A stretch of DNA of 64,000 nucleotides from Solirubrobacterales bacterium (GCA_019247075.1 JAFAPR010000008.1:3074-67073), one strand, 5' to 3'; shown: positions 1 through 9,330, counted from the first letter of the stretch. Notes: generated from the sequence alone by a model not told the origin. Translations and numbers: made by a program.

Positions 1-1218
1 TAGCACGGTGGGAACCCAGGGCTGCTGGGCTGCGAAGAACATGCGCGTAAGCAGCAGATTGACGCCCGCGAATGGGAGGTTGCACGCGAACCAGAACAGC
101 GCGACGGAGGTCAAATGGGTCGAATGGGTGGTGAAGTGTCCGCGCTGATAGATCAGCCGGACGATCGGGGTGGCCAGCACCAGCATCAGCGCCGCAGCAG
201 GAATCAGCAGCAACAGGATTTGGCGCATTCCGCTTCCGAGCGTCCGCCGGATGGCTGGGATGTCCCCCCGCGCCGCCATCAGGCTGAGCGTGGGAAAGAG
301 GACCGTTGCCACTGCCACCGAGAACATGCCCTGTGGCAGTGAGTACAGTCGAAACGCGGCATCGATCGCGCGCGGAGCCTGTCGCGAGACGAGCGTCCCG
401 AGCGAGGAATTGATCAGCAGATCGAAGTTAAGTATTCCCACGCTGAGCGTGACCGGCAGCATCAGCGCCAATACGCGCCGCACGCGGGGGTCGCGCCAGT
501 CGAGCGTCAGCTGGAAGTGAAAATCAATGCGACGCAGCGCGGCCAGAGCCATGGCCAGCTGCACAACGGTGGCTACGAGAACCCCGATCGCATATGCGTA
601 GAGCTGGTTTCCGCCGTGGAATTTGTGGCGCAGGACGATCATGAACAGGAGAATGACCAGGTTCCACACCACGGGAGCGAACGCCGGAATGGTGAAGCGC
701 TGGTTGGACTGCAGAATTCCAACTACCAGACCCGTGACGCTCAACAAAAGCACCACCGGGAACATGACCTGTGAAAGCCCCACCGTCAGACTCGTCAGCG
801 CGGCGTTGAAGGTCGAGCCGATGAAAAGCGGCATGATCAATCCCGCAGTGAGGATGAGCAGCACGGTGATCCCGCCGATCACCAGCACCATCGTCCACAG
901 CAGCGTCGATGCCAATCGGAAGGCCTCACGCCGCCGCCCCCGATGCAGGAGGTCAGTGAACACCGGGATGAAGGCAGACGACAGCGCGGTCTGCGCGAAC
1001 AGCCCGCTGAGAAGCTGCGGGATCTGAAACGCGATCGTAAATGCGGACGCCGGACCCGTGGTGCCAAAGAAGCTTGCTGCGGTTATCTCGCGTGCGAGAC
1101 CGGCGACGCGCGAGAAGCCGGTAGCCAGGGAGAAGATCGCCGTGTTGCGAGCAACCGCGTGACCGCCCGAGGCCGGCGCTGGAGTCACCGTCGGGGCGCG
1201 CTCAAGCGTGTCAGACAA
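1..1218 (-). CDS. murJ: Lipid II flippase MurJ/MviN (3' end runs off the left edge)
   Basis: Manual minus-strand translation: ARNTAIFSLATGFSRVAGLAREI...AFTIAFQIPQ...SAFIPVF...RLYSLPQGMFSVAVATVLFPTLS...LIYQRGHF, typical of MviN. Absent from the ORF track because there is no stop in the window. TTG start at 1218 has TACGAT 8 nt upstream. Confidence 0.93.
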   Translation of the reverse strand, partial: MSDTLERAPTVTPAPASGGHAVARNTAIFSLATGFSRVAGLAREITAASFFGTTGPASAFTIAFQIPQLLSGLFAQTALSSAFIPVFTDLLHRGRRREAFRLASTLLWTMVLVIGGITVLLILTAGLIMPLFIGSTFNAALTSLTVGLSQVMFPVVLLLSVTGLVVGILQSNQRFTIPAFAPVVWNLVILLFMIVLRHKFHGGNQLYAYAIGVLVATVVQLAMALAALRRIDFHFQLTLDWRDPRVRRVLALMLPVTLSVGILNFDLLINSSLGTLVSRQAPRAIDAAFRLYSLPQGMFSVAVATVLFPTLSLMAARGDIPAIRRTLGSGMRQILLLLIPAAALMLVLATPIVRLIYQRGHFTTHSTHLTSVALFWFACNLPFAGVNLLLTRMFFAAQQPWVPTVL

Positions 1219-1304
1219 TGTCCGCGATCGTACTGCGTCGGGCGCGGCGGCCAGGCATCGTCGCTCGGGCGTACGATGCCCGCGCGGCCGCACGGGTGGC
1301 CCGG

Positions 1305-2054
1305 CTAGGACGAGACAGGTGAAGGCTCGAGCAGCTGGCTGTCCATCCAGCGCTCCAGCGCCGGGCTACTTTCGACTGTCGAGATCAGCGCGTAGCGCGT
1401 GGCGGTTCCGTGGTGGTAGCCGCCGTGGTATAGACGCTGGGAGTCGACCACGACTTGCTTGCCGCGCGGGAGTGGCACCTGGACCTCGGACCTCTGATCG
1501 AACTCCTGCTGGCGCAGGACAAGGCGGCTCGAGTCATCGTGGGTCAGCTCGAGCCAGATACGCACGGCCCAGCCATTGGTCTCCGGGTTGCCCTCGTTGT
1601 TGTTGTCCAGATGCAAGCCCCACCGGCACTCGCGCAGCGTATTGGGACGCATCCGCAGCAGCTGGACCCTCCCGAAGCGGGCGCCGATCGACTGGATCCA
1701 GCGCACGATCGTCGGGCACTTCTCGGCGTTCGGCGTCCATTCCCCGTCTAGATCGCACTTCCCGTAGTCGCCGAAAGGCTTCATCTCCAGCTTGCCGGTG
1801 GCCGAGGTAATTGGCGCGAAATACGTAGACGGATCGCTCGCGTACGTGGTGTACGTCAAGCTCTCCCACTCCGAGGGGGGGATCTCGGGGCCAGGGTAGA
1901 GACCGAGCTCAAGCCAGCCGCCGCGGGCCTCGAGCGTGGGCATGCGGTAATGCCCTGTGTTTGTCCTCGCGAGGCGCTGCGGCGGGCGCAGGCCGCTGAT
2001 ACGCAGGAGCCTCTTGCTGTACTCGTTCTTCAAAGCCTGCTGGAGCTGGGGCAT
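1305..2054 (-). CDS. Putative Fe(II)/2-oxoglutarate-dependent oxygenase (AspH-like double-stranded beta-helix fold)
   Basis: HxD (GLHLDNN), distal His (LYHGGYH) and downstream Arg (TRYALI). ATG 2054 preferred over the longer ORF start at 2147. Confidence 0.6.
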   Translation of the reverse strand: MPQLQQALKNEYSKRLLRISGLRPPQRLARTNTGHYRMPTLEARGGWLELGLYPGPEIPPSEWESLTYTTYASDPSTYFAPITSATGKLEMKPFGDYGKCDLDGEWTPNAEKCPTIVRWIQSIGARFGRVQLLRMRPNTLRECRWGLHLDNNNEGNPETNGWAVRIWLELTHDDSSRLVLRQQEFDQRSEVQVPLPRGKQVVVDSQRLYHGGYHHGTATRYALISTVESSPALERWMDSQLLEPSPVSS

Positions 2055-2243
2055 CGTGAAGGCCTCCGGATTTGCGATGCGTTCGAACCGCCCGACTGGC
2101 TCGGTGCCATGGCAAGGTACAGCACGACGAGCCAGGCCAGCGACCACCAGTAGGAGGGGCCGCTGACCGAGCCGCTGACTCTAGAAGACGGGTCGGCGGC
2201 AGGATCGAGATCCGCGTGGTGCCCGGACCGCCGCTAGCCCGGG

Positions 2244-2411
2244 TCAAGCGTGGTGTACGGACACCACCTCGCACAGCACCGGGGCGGGCGTCCCGACCTC
2301 CGACAGTTCTGTGAGGTAGGGCCTGGCATCGGGGTCTTGGAGCATCGCGGTGAACGCCTCCTGGCTCTCCCACTGCGCGTAGTTGACGACCTTCGTGCCA
2401 TCCAGCCGGTG
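2244..2411 (-). pseudogene. C-terminal half of an antibiotic-biosynthesis monooxygenase (ABM) domain, no start codon
   Basis: Manual translation HRLDGTKVVNYAQWESQEAFTAMLQDP...VVSVHHA* begins right after the cupin TAG, in the same frame. Confidence 0.7.
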
Positions 2412-2813
2412 CTAGTCAGCCCACCAACCGCGCTCGCCCTCGACGTCGTCGCGCGGAACCTCGCCGAGATTCGGCGCGCCAAACACGATGAGCTCAAGGC
2501 CTTCCGGCCCGGCTTCGTAGCCTCGCCACGTACCGGGCGAGACGCGCACCACGTCCCACTCCTGGAGCTCCACGATCTCGTCGTCGAGCTTCATCCGCCC
2601 GCCGCCCCGCACGACTACGTAGACCTCCTCCTGCGTCTTGTGTGTGTGGCCGTACGGGAAGCGATAGTCGGGCGGGACGCGCTGATAGCTCAGACCGGAC
2701 TGCTCAAGCTCGAGCGCCTGGCTTGCCATCCGGAACTCGAGGTCCGGCGGGCCGTCGAATCTGGGCCCGACGTCCTCCAGGTCAGTCCTGAGATTCTTGA
2801 GCGTGAACGGCAC
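2412..2813 (-). CDS. Cupin domain protein
   Basis: GHTHKTQEEVYVVVRGGG...DVVRVSPGTWR cupin motifs; TAGATT 6 nt upstream of the GTG. Confidence 0.88.
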   Translation of the reverse strand: MPFTLKNLRTDLEDVGPRFDGPPDLEFRMASQALELEQSGLSYQRVPPDYRFPYGHTHKTQEEVYVVVRGGGRMKLDDEIVELQEWDVVRVSPGTWRGYEAGPEGLELIVFGAPNLGEVPRDDVEGERGWWAD

Positions 2814-2849
2814 CCGCGCAATCTAACCGAGCGCGCGGTGTCGGCTCTG

Positions 2850-3035
2850 ATGCGCGAAGGGCGCAACGAATCGGAGGCAGTGCGAGCCGCTTTGACTGAG
2901 GCTGGCCAGCGCCGTTCCCGCCGGTCCGCGCTGGCCGTCGAGGTCGCCCGATTGGCGGCCGATGCCCGGGACACCGCCGAGCGGCGGGCTGTGATGGCCG
3001 ATATGGAAGCGGCCGCGCCTGATTGGCCCGCGTGA
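2850..3035 (+). CDS. Antitoxin (RHH-like), probably N-terminally truncated
   Basis: NESEAVRAAL helix and acidic C-terminus; GTGA overlap with the downstream MazF. Alternative GTG start at 2838. Confidence 0.7.
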   Translation: MREGRNESEAVRAALTEAGQRRSRRSALAVEVARLAADARDTAERRAVMADMEAAAPDWPA

Positions 3036-3346
3036 CGCGCGGCGACATTTATCGAAGCCGGCTGCCGGCCGCGCACGGACGAGGGCAGACCGGGCCACGA
3101 TATGGCGTGATCGTGCATGCCAACGCGCTTCTCGGGCTGCCGACCGCCGTCGTCGCCCCGACATCACGGAGCGCCGCGCCAGCGACATTCCGGCCAGAGA
3201 TCGAACTTCGTGACGCACGCACGCGGGTGCTCGTCGAGCAGCTTCGCGCTGTCGACGTCGAACGACTCGAAGATTTCGCCGGCCGTCTGACCGCCGCCGA
3301 GCAGCAAGCCATCGACGACGCGCTCGGGCTCGTCCTCGACCTCTAA
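3032..3346 (+). CDS. mazF: PemK/MazF family toxin (endoribonuclease)
   Basis: RGDIY...GQTGPRYGVIV...VVAPTS...EQLRAVD..RL pattern. Confidence 0.9.
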   Translation: MTRGDIYRSRLPAAHGRGQTGPRYGVIVHANALLGLPTAVVAPTSRSAAPATFRPEIELRDARTRVLVEQLRAVDVERLEDFAGRLTAAEQQAIDDALGLVLDL

Positions 3347-3351
3347 GCGTC

Positions 3352-4170
3352 TCACGCCCCTGCCGGATCGGGCGACCCCACGCCGCGCCTCAAGCTGGCT
3401 ATAAGGTGGGGGAGACGCGCTGCGCGCAGCGCCAGCAGCGTCAGCGCCAGGGGGACCGTGGCGGGCCAGATACCGCCGCGGGGCGTAAGCAGGAAGCAGC
3501 CGGCGGTGAGAGCAGCGACAAGCACGGCACCTCCGTGCCGGCCGCGCTGGTCGGCGAGAAACGCGCCAAGTGTGGCGGCGAGCACGAGGTCGGGGTAGTC
3601 GAGCGTGAGCTGGCGGATGCGGATGCTGTCGAACACCGCCATATGCGGGCCGGTGGCGCCGGCGATCAGCGCGGCGGCCGGCTGGCCGGCACCGCAGCCA
3701 AGCAGCGCTGCGTCGGCGATAGCCATGGACAGGACAGCGGCGAGCATCCACGCGGCGGGGATCAATCGGGCCAGAACGGCACCCAACGCCAGACAGGCGA
3801 GGGCGGTGATTACGGTGGCGGACGGTTCGCCCGCCCGCGTCCCAACGAGGGTGGCGAGGACCATGGCCGCGAGCGCGAGCGCGAGTGTCCAAGCTCGGGG
3901 GCAGCGCACGACAGCCAGCACCGCCACCGCTGCCAGCGGCAGGGCGGCCAGTGCGACCGCCTCCGGAAGCCACCTCGCGCTTGACGGCACGGCCAGCGGT
4001 CCGAAGGTGCCCAGCAGGATCGAACCGGGCAAGACAGCGGCCCAGGCCGGGGAGCGTAAGCGGCCGAGGAGATCGAGCGCCCCACGCCGAGGCATAGCGA
4101 CCAGCGCGCCTTGAACGACACCGAGGGCCACCGCCGCGGCATAGTTTGGAACGCTCACTTGCGCTGCCAC
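3352..4170 (-). CDS. Polytopic membrane protein with presenilin/SPP-like motif order
   Basis: About 8-9 hydrophobic segments; AIADAALL ... LDYPDLVLAA ... WPATVPL. Confidence 0.6.
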   Translation of the reverse strand: MAAQVSVPNYAAAVALGVVQGALVAMPRRGALDLLGRLRSPAWAAVLPGSILLGTFGPLAVPSSARWLPEAVALAALPLAAVAVLAVVRCPRAWTLALALAAMVLATLVGTRAGEPSATVITALACLALGAVLARLIPAAWMLAAVLSMAIADAALLGCGAGQPAAALIAGATGPHMAVFDSIRIRQLTLDYPDLVLAATLGAFLADQRGRHGGAVLVAALTAGCFLLTPRGGIWPATVPLALTLLALRAARLPHLIASLRRGVGSPDPAGA

Positions 4171-4411
4171 TCGACAGCCGGGCGGCGCCCTCCGCCGGAC
4201 GCGCCCCGGGCTGACCGGAAACCGGCGCCACGGTCAGCGCGGACGTTACCGACGCAGGTAGTCAAGAGGAGTTAACGCTGTCCTAACGCAGCGAAGCCAA
4301 AACGGAAGCCCACTCGGTTGGGTCCGGCGGCGGACCGGGCGCTGAGGCGCGGGCGCTGTCGACGCCCCTTGCCCGCCATCGGCGGCCGAGGACGCGTGGG
4401 ACAATGCTTTA

Positions 4412-5161
4412 GTGAGAGAGGCCGCGTGGCCGAGGCTGGTCGTACTTCAACACGTCGCGTGTGAGCCGCCGGCCGCTTATGAGGACGAGTTGCTGGAGCG
4501 CGGCGGTGAGCTCGTGCGCGTGATGGTCGATCAAGCGGATCGTCTGCCTGATTGGCGCGCCTTCGACGGAATTATCGTGATGGGTGGGCCGATGGGCGCC
4601 TACGAGGACGCGCGGCTTCCGTGGCTCGTACGGGAGAAGCAGCTGCTCGCCGAGGCTGTCGCGAGGGGGGCGCCGGTATGGGGAGTGTGTCTCGGGGCGC
4701 AGCTATTGGCGGCGGCCCTCGGCGCGGTAGTCACACCGGGGCCCGCGCCCGAGATAGGAGTGCTCCCTGTCCATCGCACAAGTGCCGCAACTTCAGACCC
4801 GGTGTTCTCGCGAATGCCGGACAACTTCCATGCGCTGCAATGGCATTCGGACACGTTCGCGCTGCCGGATGGCGCGATCCGGCTGGCGCGATCTGATGCC
4901 TATGAGAACCAGGCGTTCGTAGTCAACGATGCTTACGGGCTTCAGTTCCACCTCGAGATCGGCACCTCGCTGGCGCGGGAGTGGGCCGATCTACCTGACT
5001 ACGCGCGGAGCCTCGAGGAGATCATGGGCTCGGATGCGCTGCCCCAGTTGCTCGAGCAGATCGACGCGCACGCCGACGAGATGACGCGGCTGGCCCGGAG
5101 CCTGTTCGCGGTCTGGCTTGAGCAAGTGGTCGCTTCGCGTAACGGCGGCGCGCGCCGGTAG
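4412..5161 (+). CDS. Type 1 glutamine amidotransferase
   Basis: MGGPMG, GVCLGAQ nucleophile elbow, QWHSD, QFHLE. Confidence 0.92.
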   Translation: MREAAWPRLVVLQHVACEPPAAYEDELLERGGELVRVMVDQADRLPDWRAFDGIIVMGGPMGAYEDARLPWLVREKQLLAEAVARGAPVWGVCLGAQLLAAALGAVVTPGPAPEIGVLPVHRTSAATSDPVFSRMPDNFHALQWHSDTFALPDGAIRLARSDAYENQAFVVNDAYGLQFHLEIGTSLAREWADLPDYARSLEEIMGSDALPQLLEQIDAHADEMTRLARSLFAVWLEQVVASRNGGARR

Positions 5162-5168
5162 ACGCTGG

Positions 5169-5209
5169 GAATCCCGCCGGCCGGGAATCCCGCCGAGCGA
5201 GAATCCCGC
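5169..5209 (+). repeat. Three GAATCCCGC direct repeats with a 16-bp period
   Basis: Copies start at 5169, 5185 and 5201, directly upstream of ATG 5211. Confidence 0.75.
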
Positions 5210-5210
5210 T

Positions 5211-5813
5211 ATGGATCGTCGTGAGCGAGATGCCTACCTCGACCGGGTCTTGATCGGCGGGCGCGAGAAGCTTGAGAAGCGTGAGATCGCGATTGTCGAC
5301 TATGACCCCGCCTGGCCGGACAAGTTCGAGCATGAGCGCGACCGGATTCGGCGGACGCTTGGCCCGGGTGCGCTGCGCGTCGAGCACATCGGCTCGACCG
5401 CGGTGCCGGGCTTAGCCGCCAAGCCCATCATCGACGTGCTTGTCACGGTCGAGGATCCCGACGATGACGCCGCCCTGGCACCGAGCCTGGAGTCCGCCGG
5501 ATATGAGTTGCGGGTGCGGGAGCCTGGTCACAGGATGTTCCGAACGCCCGCCCGCGATGTCCACTTGCATGTCTGGGCCGACAACTATCCGGAAGTCGAG
5601 CGATATTTGGTTTTCCGCGACCAACTGCGGAACTCGCCGGAGGATCGCGGAATTTACGAACGCCTCAAGCGTGATCTCGCCACGCGGGAATGGAGCGACA
5701 TGAACGAGTACGCGGACGCCAAAAGCGAGGTGATCGCGGCGATCATCGCCAAAGCCGGCTGCTGCCTCCGTGCAGATCCGCAGCGTCGTCAGCGAGGCGC
5801 CCTTCGCACGTGA
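5211..5813 (+). CDS. GrpB family protein (nucleotidyltransferase-like)
   Basis: YDPAW..F..E, EHIGSTAVPGLAAKPIID, FRDQLR, Y..LK, Y...KS motifs. Confidence 0.92.
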   Translation: MDRRERDAYLDRVLIGGREKLEKREIAIVDYDPAWPDKFEHERDRIRRTLGPGALRVEHIGSTAVPGLAAKPIIDVLVTVEDPDDDAALAPSLESAGYELRVREPGHRMFRTPARDVHLHVWADNYPEVERYLVFRDQLRNSPEDRGIYERLKRDLATREWSDMNEYADAKSEVIAAIIAKAGCCLRADPQRRQRGALRT

Positions 5814-5831
5814 GAAATGTGACCATCGCGC

Positions 5832-6581
5832 TCACGCGGCCGCCGACAGCCGATCCCGGACCTCCTGCCACAGCGCGCGGTAGGCGCCGGCCGCGCGCCC
5901 ACGTGGGGCGGAGCGGTCCACGACGGTCCGATACAGGCCCATCCGCTCGATGTCGCTGCTGGTCGGTATCGCGGTGCTGAGCACGTCGGGCGCTGCCGCG
6001 AGGGCCTCCGTGACCTCGCGGTGGAGGCGTTTGCGCCTGTCGACCATGGACACGAACCCGAGTACAAGCGGCGCGTGATCGTCGGCCCGGACGACGCGGC
6101 GCAACTGGTCAAAGGTCCTGGAGGACAGGGTCGCCGGGACCAGCGGGACGAGTAGGACGTCGGCGGCCTCGAACACGCTCTCGGACACCAGCGAGATGCT
6201 GGGCGGGCAGTCGAGGAAGATGTACTCGTACTCGTGGGCCAGCGGCGCGAGGACGCGGGCAAGCCGCTGTGTGGGCTTCTTGGTGCCGTCCAGCGCGAGA
6301 TCCATGTGGCGGTAGGAGAAGTCCGCGGGCAGCAGGTCCAGGCGGTCAAAATCGGTGCCCTTGATGAGCGCATCGACGCGCCGCTTGCCGCGCACCAGTT
6401 TGTCGGCTCCGCCTTTTATTTTCGGCTTGATGCGCAGGAGGTATGTGCTGCCGCCCTGGGGGTCGAGGTCCCACAGAAGCGTGCGCGCGCCGTCGAGCGC
6501 GGCAAGGTACGCGAGGTTCACGGCGGCCGAGGTCTTCCCGACACCACCTTTGATGTTGTAGGTCGCCAGGACCGTGCTCAT
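5832..6581 (-). CDS. ParA/MinD family ATPase (orphan)
   Basis: KGGVGKT deviant Walker A, DLDPQG, LDCPPS; ATGA overlap with the CHAD gene. Confidence 0.93.
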   Translation of the reverse strand: MSTVLATYNIKGGVGKTSAAVNLAYLAALDGARTLLWDLDPQGGSTYLLRIKPKIKGGADKLVRGKRRVDALIKGTDFDRLDLLPADFSYRHMDLALDGTKKPTQRLARVLAPLAHEYEYIFLDCPPSISLVSESVFEAADVLLVPLVPATLSSRTFDQLRRVVRADDHAPLVLGFVSMVDRRKRLHREVTEALAAAPDVLSTAIPTSSDIERMGLYRTVVDRSAPRGRAAGAYRALWQEVRDRLSAAA

Positions 6582-8122
6582 GCGAACGTCTCCCTCATCG
6601 CGGTGCGACGGCGTCTGTCGGCAAACGACGCAAAACGCCGCGCGAACTCTGCCCGTGCCTGCGCCTGCTGGTCCGTGAGTCGTTCGACGAGCACGCCCAT
6701 CGCCATCAGCGCGGCGGCGCCATTCTGTCGTCCGGCAGTCTCCTGCGCTAGCGAGCGCAGCATCATGGCCTGGACCTCACGGTCCTGGAAGCGCCCGAGC
6801 GTGTCCTGCAACGACTTGAGTGCCTTGACCGTCGGGTCGACCGTCGCTTTCGGAAAGAGCCCTCCGAAGAACTCGAGCAGGTAGCGCAGTTCCTTGCCCT
6901 TCTTGCGCAGATCGTGCAGCGCAACCGGGGGGCTCTGGTCGTCGATCCTCGCGCCCCTCCTCAGCATCTGCCGGTAGACCGCCGCGATCCGGCCGCCGGC
7001 TAAATCGACGATCGGACCGGCCGCGTCCGGACGGTCGTCGTCGGGAAGCTCGGGGAGCGTCTCGACGAGCCGTTTCCACTCGGCAAGCAGTGTGTGCGTG
7101 TGCTGGGAGCGAAGCGCGCGGGCCATCCGCCGCCGCTCACGGCGGCGACGCTCGCTCAGCAGCGCGCGCAGCGGCTCCAGATCGAAGCGCTGCGGCGCGG
7201 CCAGCGAGGCGGCGAACGCCTCGAAGTCGAGAAGGTAGACATCGAGGTCCCGGGCGGGACCTGTGATCTCCTGGAGCCAGCGGAACTCGGCGCGGAACCG
7301 CGCCAGGTCGGCTTGAGGGAATGCGCCACCCAGTTCGCGCTGCAGCGACCGGGTCCGTCGAACGGCGACCCGGAGGTCATGGAGGAACTCGCTGTCGACG
7401 TCGGCCAGCGTGCCGGGCAGATTTGCCTCGATTGCCGCAATCAGTTGGCTCAGGATCGCCACCGCTGCGTGGTCCACGCGCTGCCGCGGCTGCAGCGCGA
7501 CCTCCAGGGCAGACGACATACCACCGGGTATTCCGCCTGCCCGGGCCACGGCCTCGTCGCGGAGCGACTCGCCCGCGCCGCTTAGGCCGAGCCTGTGCTC
7601 GACGAGGTCTCGGACGCGACCCAGCGCCTTGGCATAGCCCTGTACACCCGTCACCGTCAGTCGCGGGGTGAGCCGTCTGCGTGCACGGTCGCCGACCACG
7701 ATCGACGGCTGCGCGATGACCACGCACGCGACAGTCTTGCGCTCCGCGTCGAGAACGCGCACCACCCGCTGGCGCACGCGCACGCGCACGAGCGCCGTAG
7801 CGGCGCGGACGGCGATGACGGGCGCGAGTCGTTCGCGCAACGCCCCAGAGGGAAGGTCCGAGGCACGAACGACTGTCGGCGCGTTCGGCCAGCTCAGACA
7901 GGCGACCTCACGACCATCGCCGTTCATCAGTTGCAGACGACCGTTCTCCCACACCAGCGACATGTCCGCCTGACGGACGAGGCCATCGAATGTGTCGAAG
8001 TAGGCGCGGTCGACCACTTTGCTGGGCTCGGCCTCGAGGTCGAAATCTGTGGCCAGCCCCGCGCGAAGCCGAGGCGCCGTCACGTCTCCCGGCAATACGT
8101 ATTCCAGAGCTCGGCGCTTCAC
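6578..8122 (-). CDS. CYTH-like + CHAD domain polyphosphate-binding protein
   Basis: YFDTFDG in the N-terminal part; CHAD motifs LHDLRVAVRRTRS, RDLDV, LHDLRKKGKELRY, LQDTLG..QD. GTG 8122 chosen (ORF track extends to 8389). Confidence 0.9.
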   Translation of the reverse strand: MKRRALEYVLPGDVTAPRLRAGLATDFDLEAEPSKVVDRAYFDTFDGLVRQADMSLVWENGRLQLMNGDGREVACLSWPNAPTVVRASDLPSGALRERLAPVIAVRAATALVRVRVRQRVVRVLDAERKTVACVVIAQPSIVVGDRARRRLTPRLTVTGVQGYAKALGRVRDLVEHRLGLSGAGESLRDEAVARAGGIPGGMSSALEVALQPRQRVDHAAVAILSQLIAAIEANLPGTLADVDSEFLHDLRVAVRRTRSLQRELGGAFPQADLARFRAEFRWLQEITGPARDLDVYLLDFEAFAASLAAPQRFDLEPLRALLSERRRRERRRMARALRSQHTHTLLAEWKRLVETLPELPDDDRPDAAGPIVDLAGGRIAAVYRQMLRRGARIDDQSPPVALHDLRKKGKELRYLLEFFGGLFPKATVDPTVKALKSLQDTLGRFQDREVQAMMLRSLAQETAGRQNGAAALMAMGVLVERLTDQQAQARAEFARRFASFADRRRRTAMRETFA

Positions 8123-8268
8123 GGCACTTTGGCGTCGCTTACGGCTTGATGAGCAGGGAGATTCAGATGATCGGCGTGCAGCACCATGCGCGGAGGCGTT
8201 GGTGACGGATTCGACGGACGGCGCGGCGGGCCCTTCCTGGACGCGGCACCGCTCCTGACGCAGGCGTG

Positions 8269-9330
8269 CTACCCAGCCGCCACCAGTCCCGGGGCCTTCA
8301 TTTCCTCGACCGCGATATCGCCGTCGACGACTATCGGCTGCTCGTCGAGGAAGAGGCTGCAGCCCCGCATTGGGACGTCCACGTGACATTGGGTGTCATT
8401 GGTACCGCCAAACTCTTGGTTGGGACCGGTCGAGAAGAGCACGTTGCCGTAGAAGGACCGGCCGTGCATGCCAAGGCCGCGCCGGTCGGTGGCGAGGTAG
8501 GACCAACGGGCCTTCTCGTTCAGGCCCCAGCCGATGTGGGCGATCCCGTACGCCTTTTCGTCCTCGAATGACGCCATGTAGTCGCGCAGCAGGTCTGCGT
8601 CGAGTTCGCCGTGGATGTCGACGATCCGGCCGCTTTCGATCCTGAGGTGGATCGGCGTCTGGGCGTAAGTTTTGAACGGGTAGATGATGTCGCCGGGTGC
8701 GATCACCACGGTGCCATTGACGCCGTCGTCGGCGCCGCCTGTAAACAGGAAGCCCGACGGCCAGTGATCCCAGCGGCCGGCTTGATCCGTGTACCCGTAC
8801 TCGGTGATCACTGGGTAGACGCCGATGCGGTAGCTGACGTCGGTGCCGAAGCGGTTCGTGAAGCGAAGCTCGCTGGCCTTGCCCAGCAACTCGCCCCCGT
8901 ACTCCACTCGTTCGCGCTGGTCCCGAGTGGGGAAGAGCTGCACGAGGTGCTCGATCGGCTCGATGCACAGGAGCATGCGCGCGCCAGCGCCCTGGATCTC
9001 TAGCTGCTCTTTTGAGAACAGCAGGAACATCGTGTCGATCACCAGATCGGCGGCTTTCAGTGCCTCGACCGCGGGCCGGTTGTCGCCGAGCGGGGTCGTG
9101 CCGACAGTCCACGAACCGGAATCTCCGCTGAGGCTGCTCGACTGGCGGGGGAGCCTCACGTGGAAGGCGGTTGCCCCCATGCCCTCAGCGGCGCTAAGGA
9201 ACGCATCTGCGTAGTCGAGACGTTCGTCGCCCTGGGTGAGGACGGCCACGACTTCGCCTTCTCTCAGCCCACAAAGCTCAAGCTCCTTGGCGCAGAGGTC
9301 GCTGAAGGTGTTTCCACCAAGGCGCATCAT
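8269..9330 (-). CDS. nicX: 2,5-dihydroxypyridine 5,6-dioxygenase (NicX family), paralog 1
   Basis: TEYGYTDQAGRWDHWPSGF, AHIGWG, FYGNVLFSTGPN, CHVDVP (Fe ligands His/His/Asp); AGGAG RBS upstream. Confidence 0.9.
   Translation of the reverse strand: MMRLGGNTFSDLCAKELELCGLREGEVVAVLTQGDERLDYADAFLSAAEGMGATAFHVRLPRQSSSLSGDSGSWTVGTTPLGDNRPAVEALKAADLVIDTMFLLFSKEQLEIQGAGARMLLCIEPIEHLVQLFPTRDQRERVEYGGELLGKASELRFTNRFGTDVSYRIGVYPVITEYGYTDQAGRWDHWPSGFLFTGGADDGVNGTVVIAPGDIIYPFKTYAQTPIHLRIESGRIVDIHGELDADLLRDYMASFEDEKAYGIAHIGWGLNEKARWSYLATDRRGLGMHGRSFYGNVLFSTGPNQEFGGTNDTQCHVDVPMRGCSLFLDEQPIVVDGDIAVEEMKAPGLVAAG

Noticed and set aside
2244-2813. TAG readthrough (pyrrolysine) cupin-ABM fusion
   Set aside because: The cupin ends at a natural-looking C-terminus (WWAD), only half an ABM domain follows, and no pyl genes are seen; a junction is simpler.
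4171-4411. Riboswitch or ncRNA in the intergenic region (GCTGACC...GGTCAGC inverted repeat)
   Set aside because: No family consensus that I recognise; GC-rich inverted repeats arise easily by chance. An Rfam search would settle it.
8269-9330. Leucyl aminopeptidase (aminopeptidase T)
   Set aside because: Same fold, but GRWDHWPSG/STGPN motifs and neighbouring nicD/nicF/isomerase genes indicate NicX.
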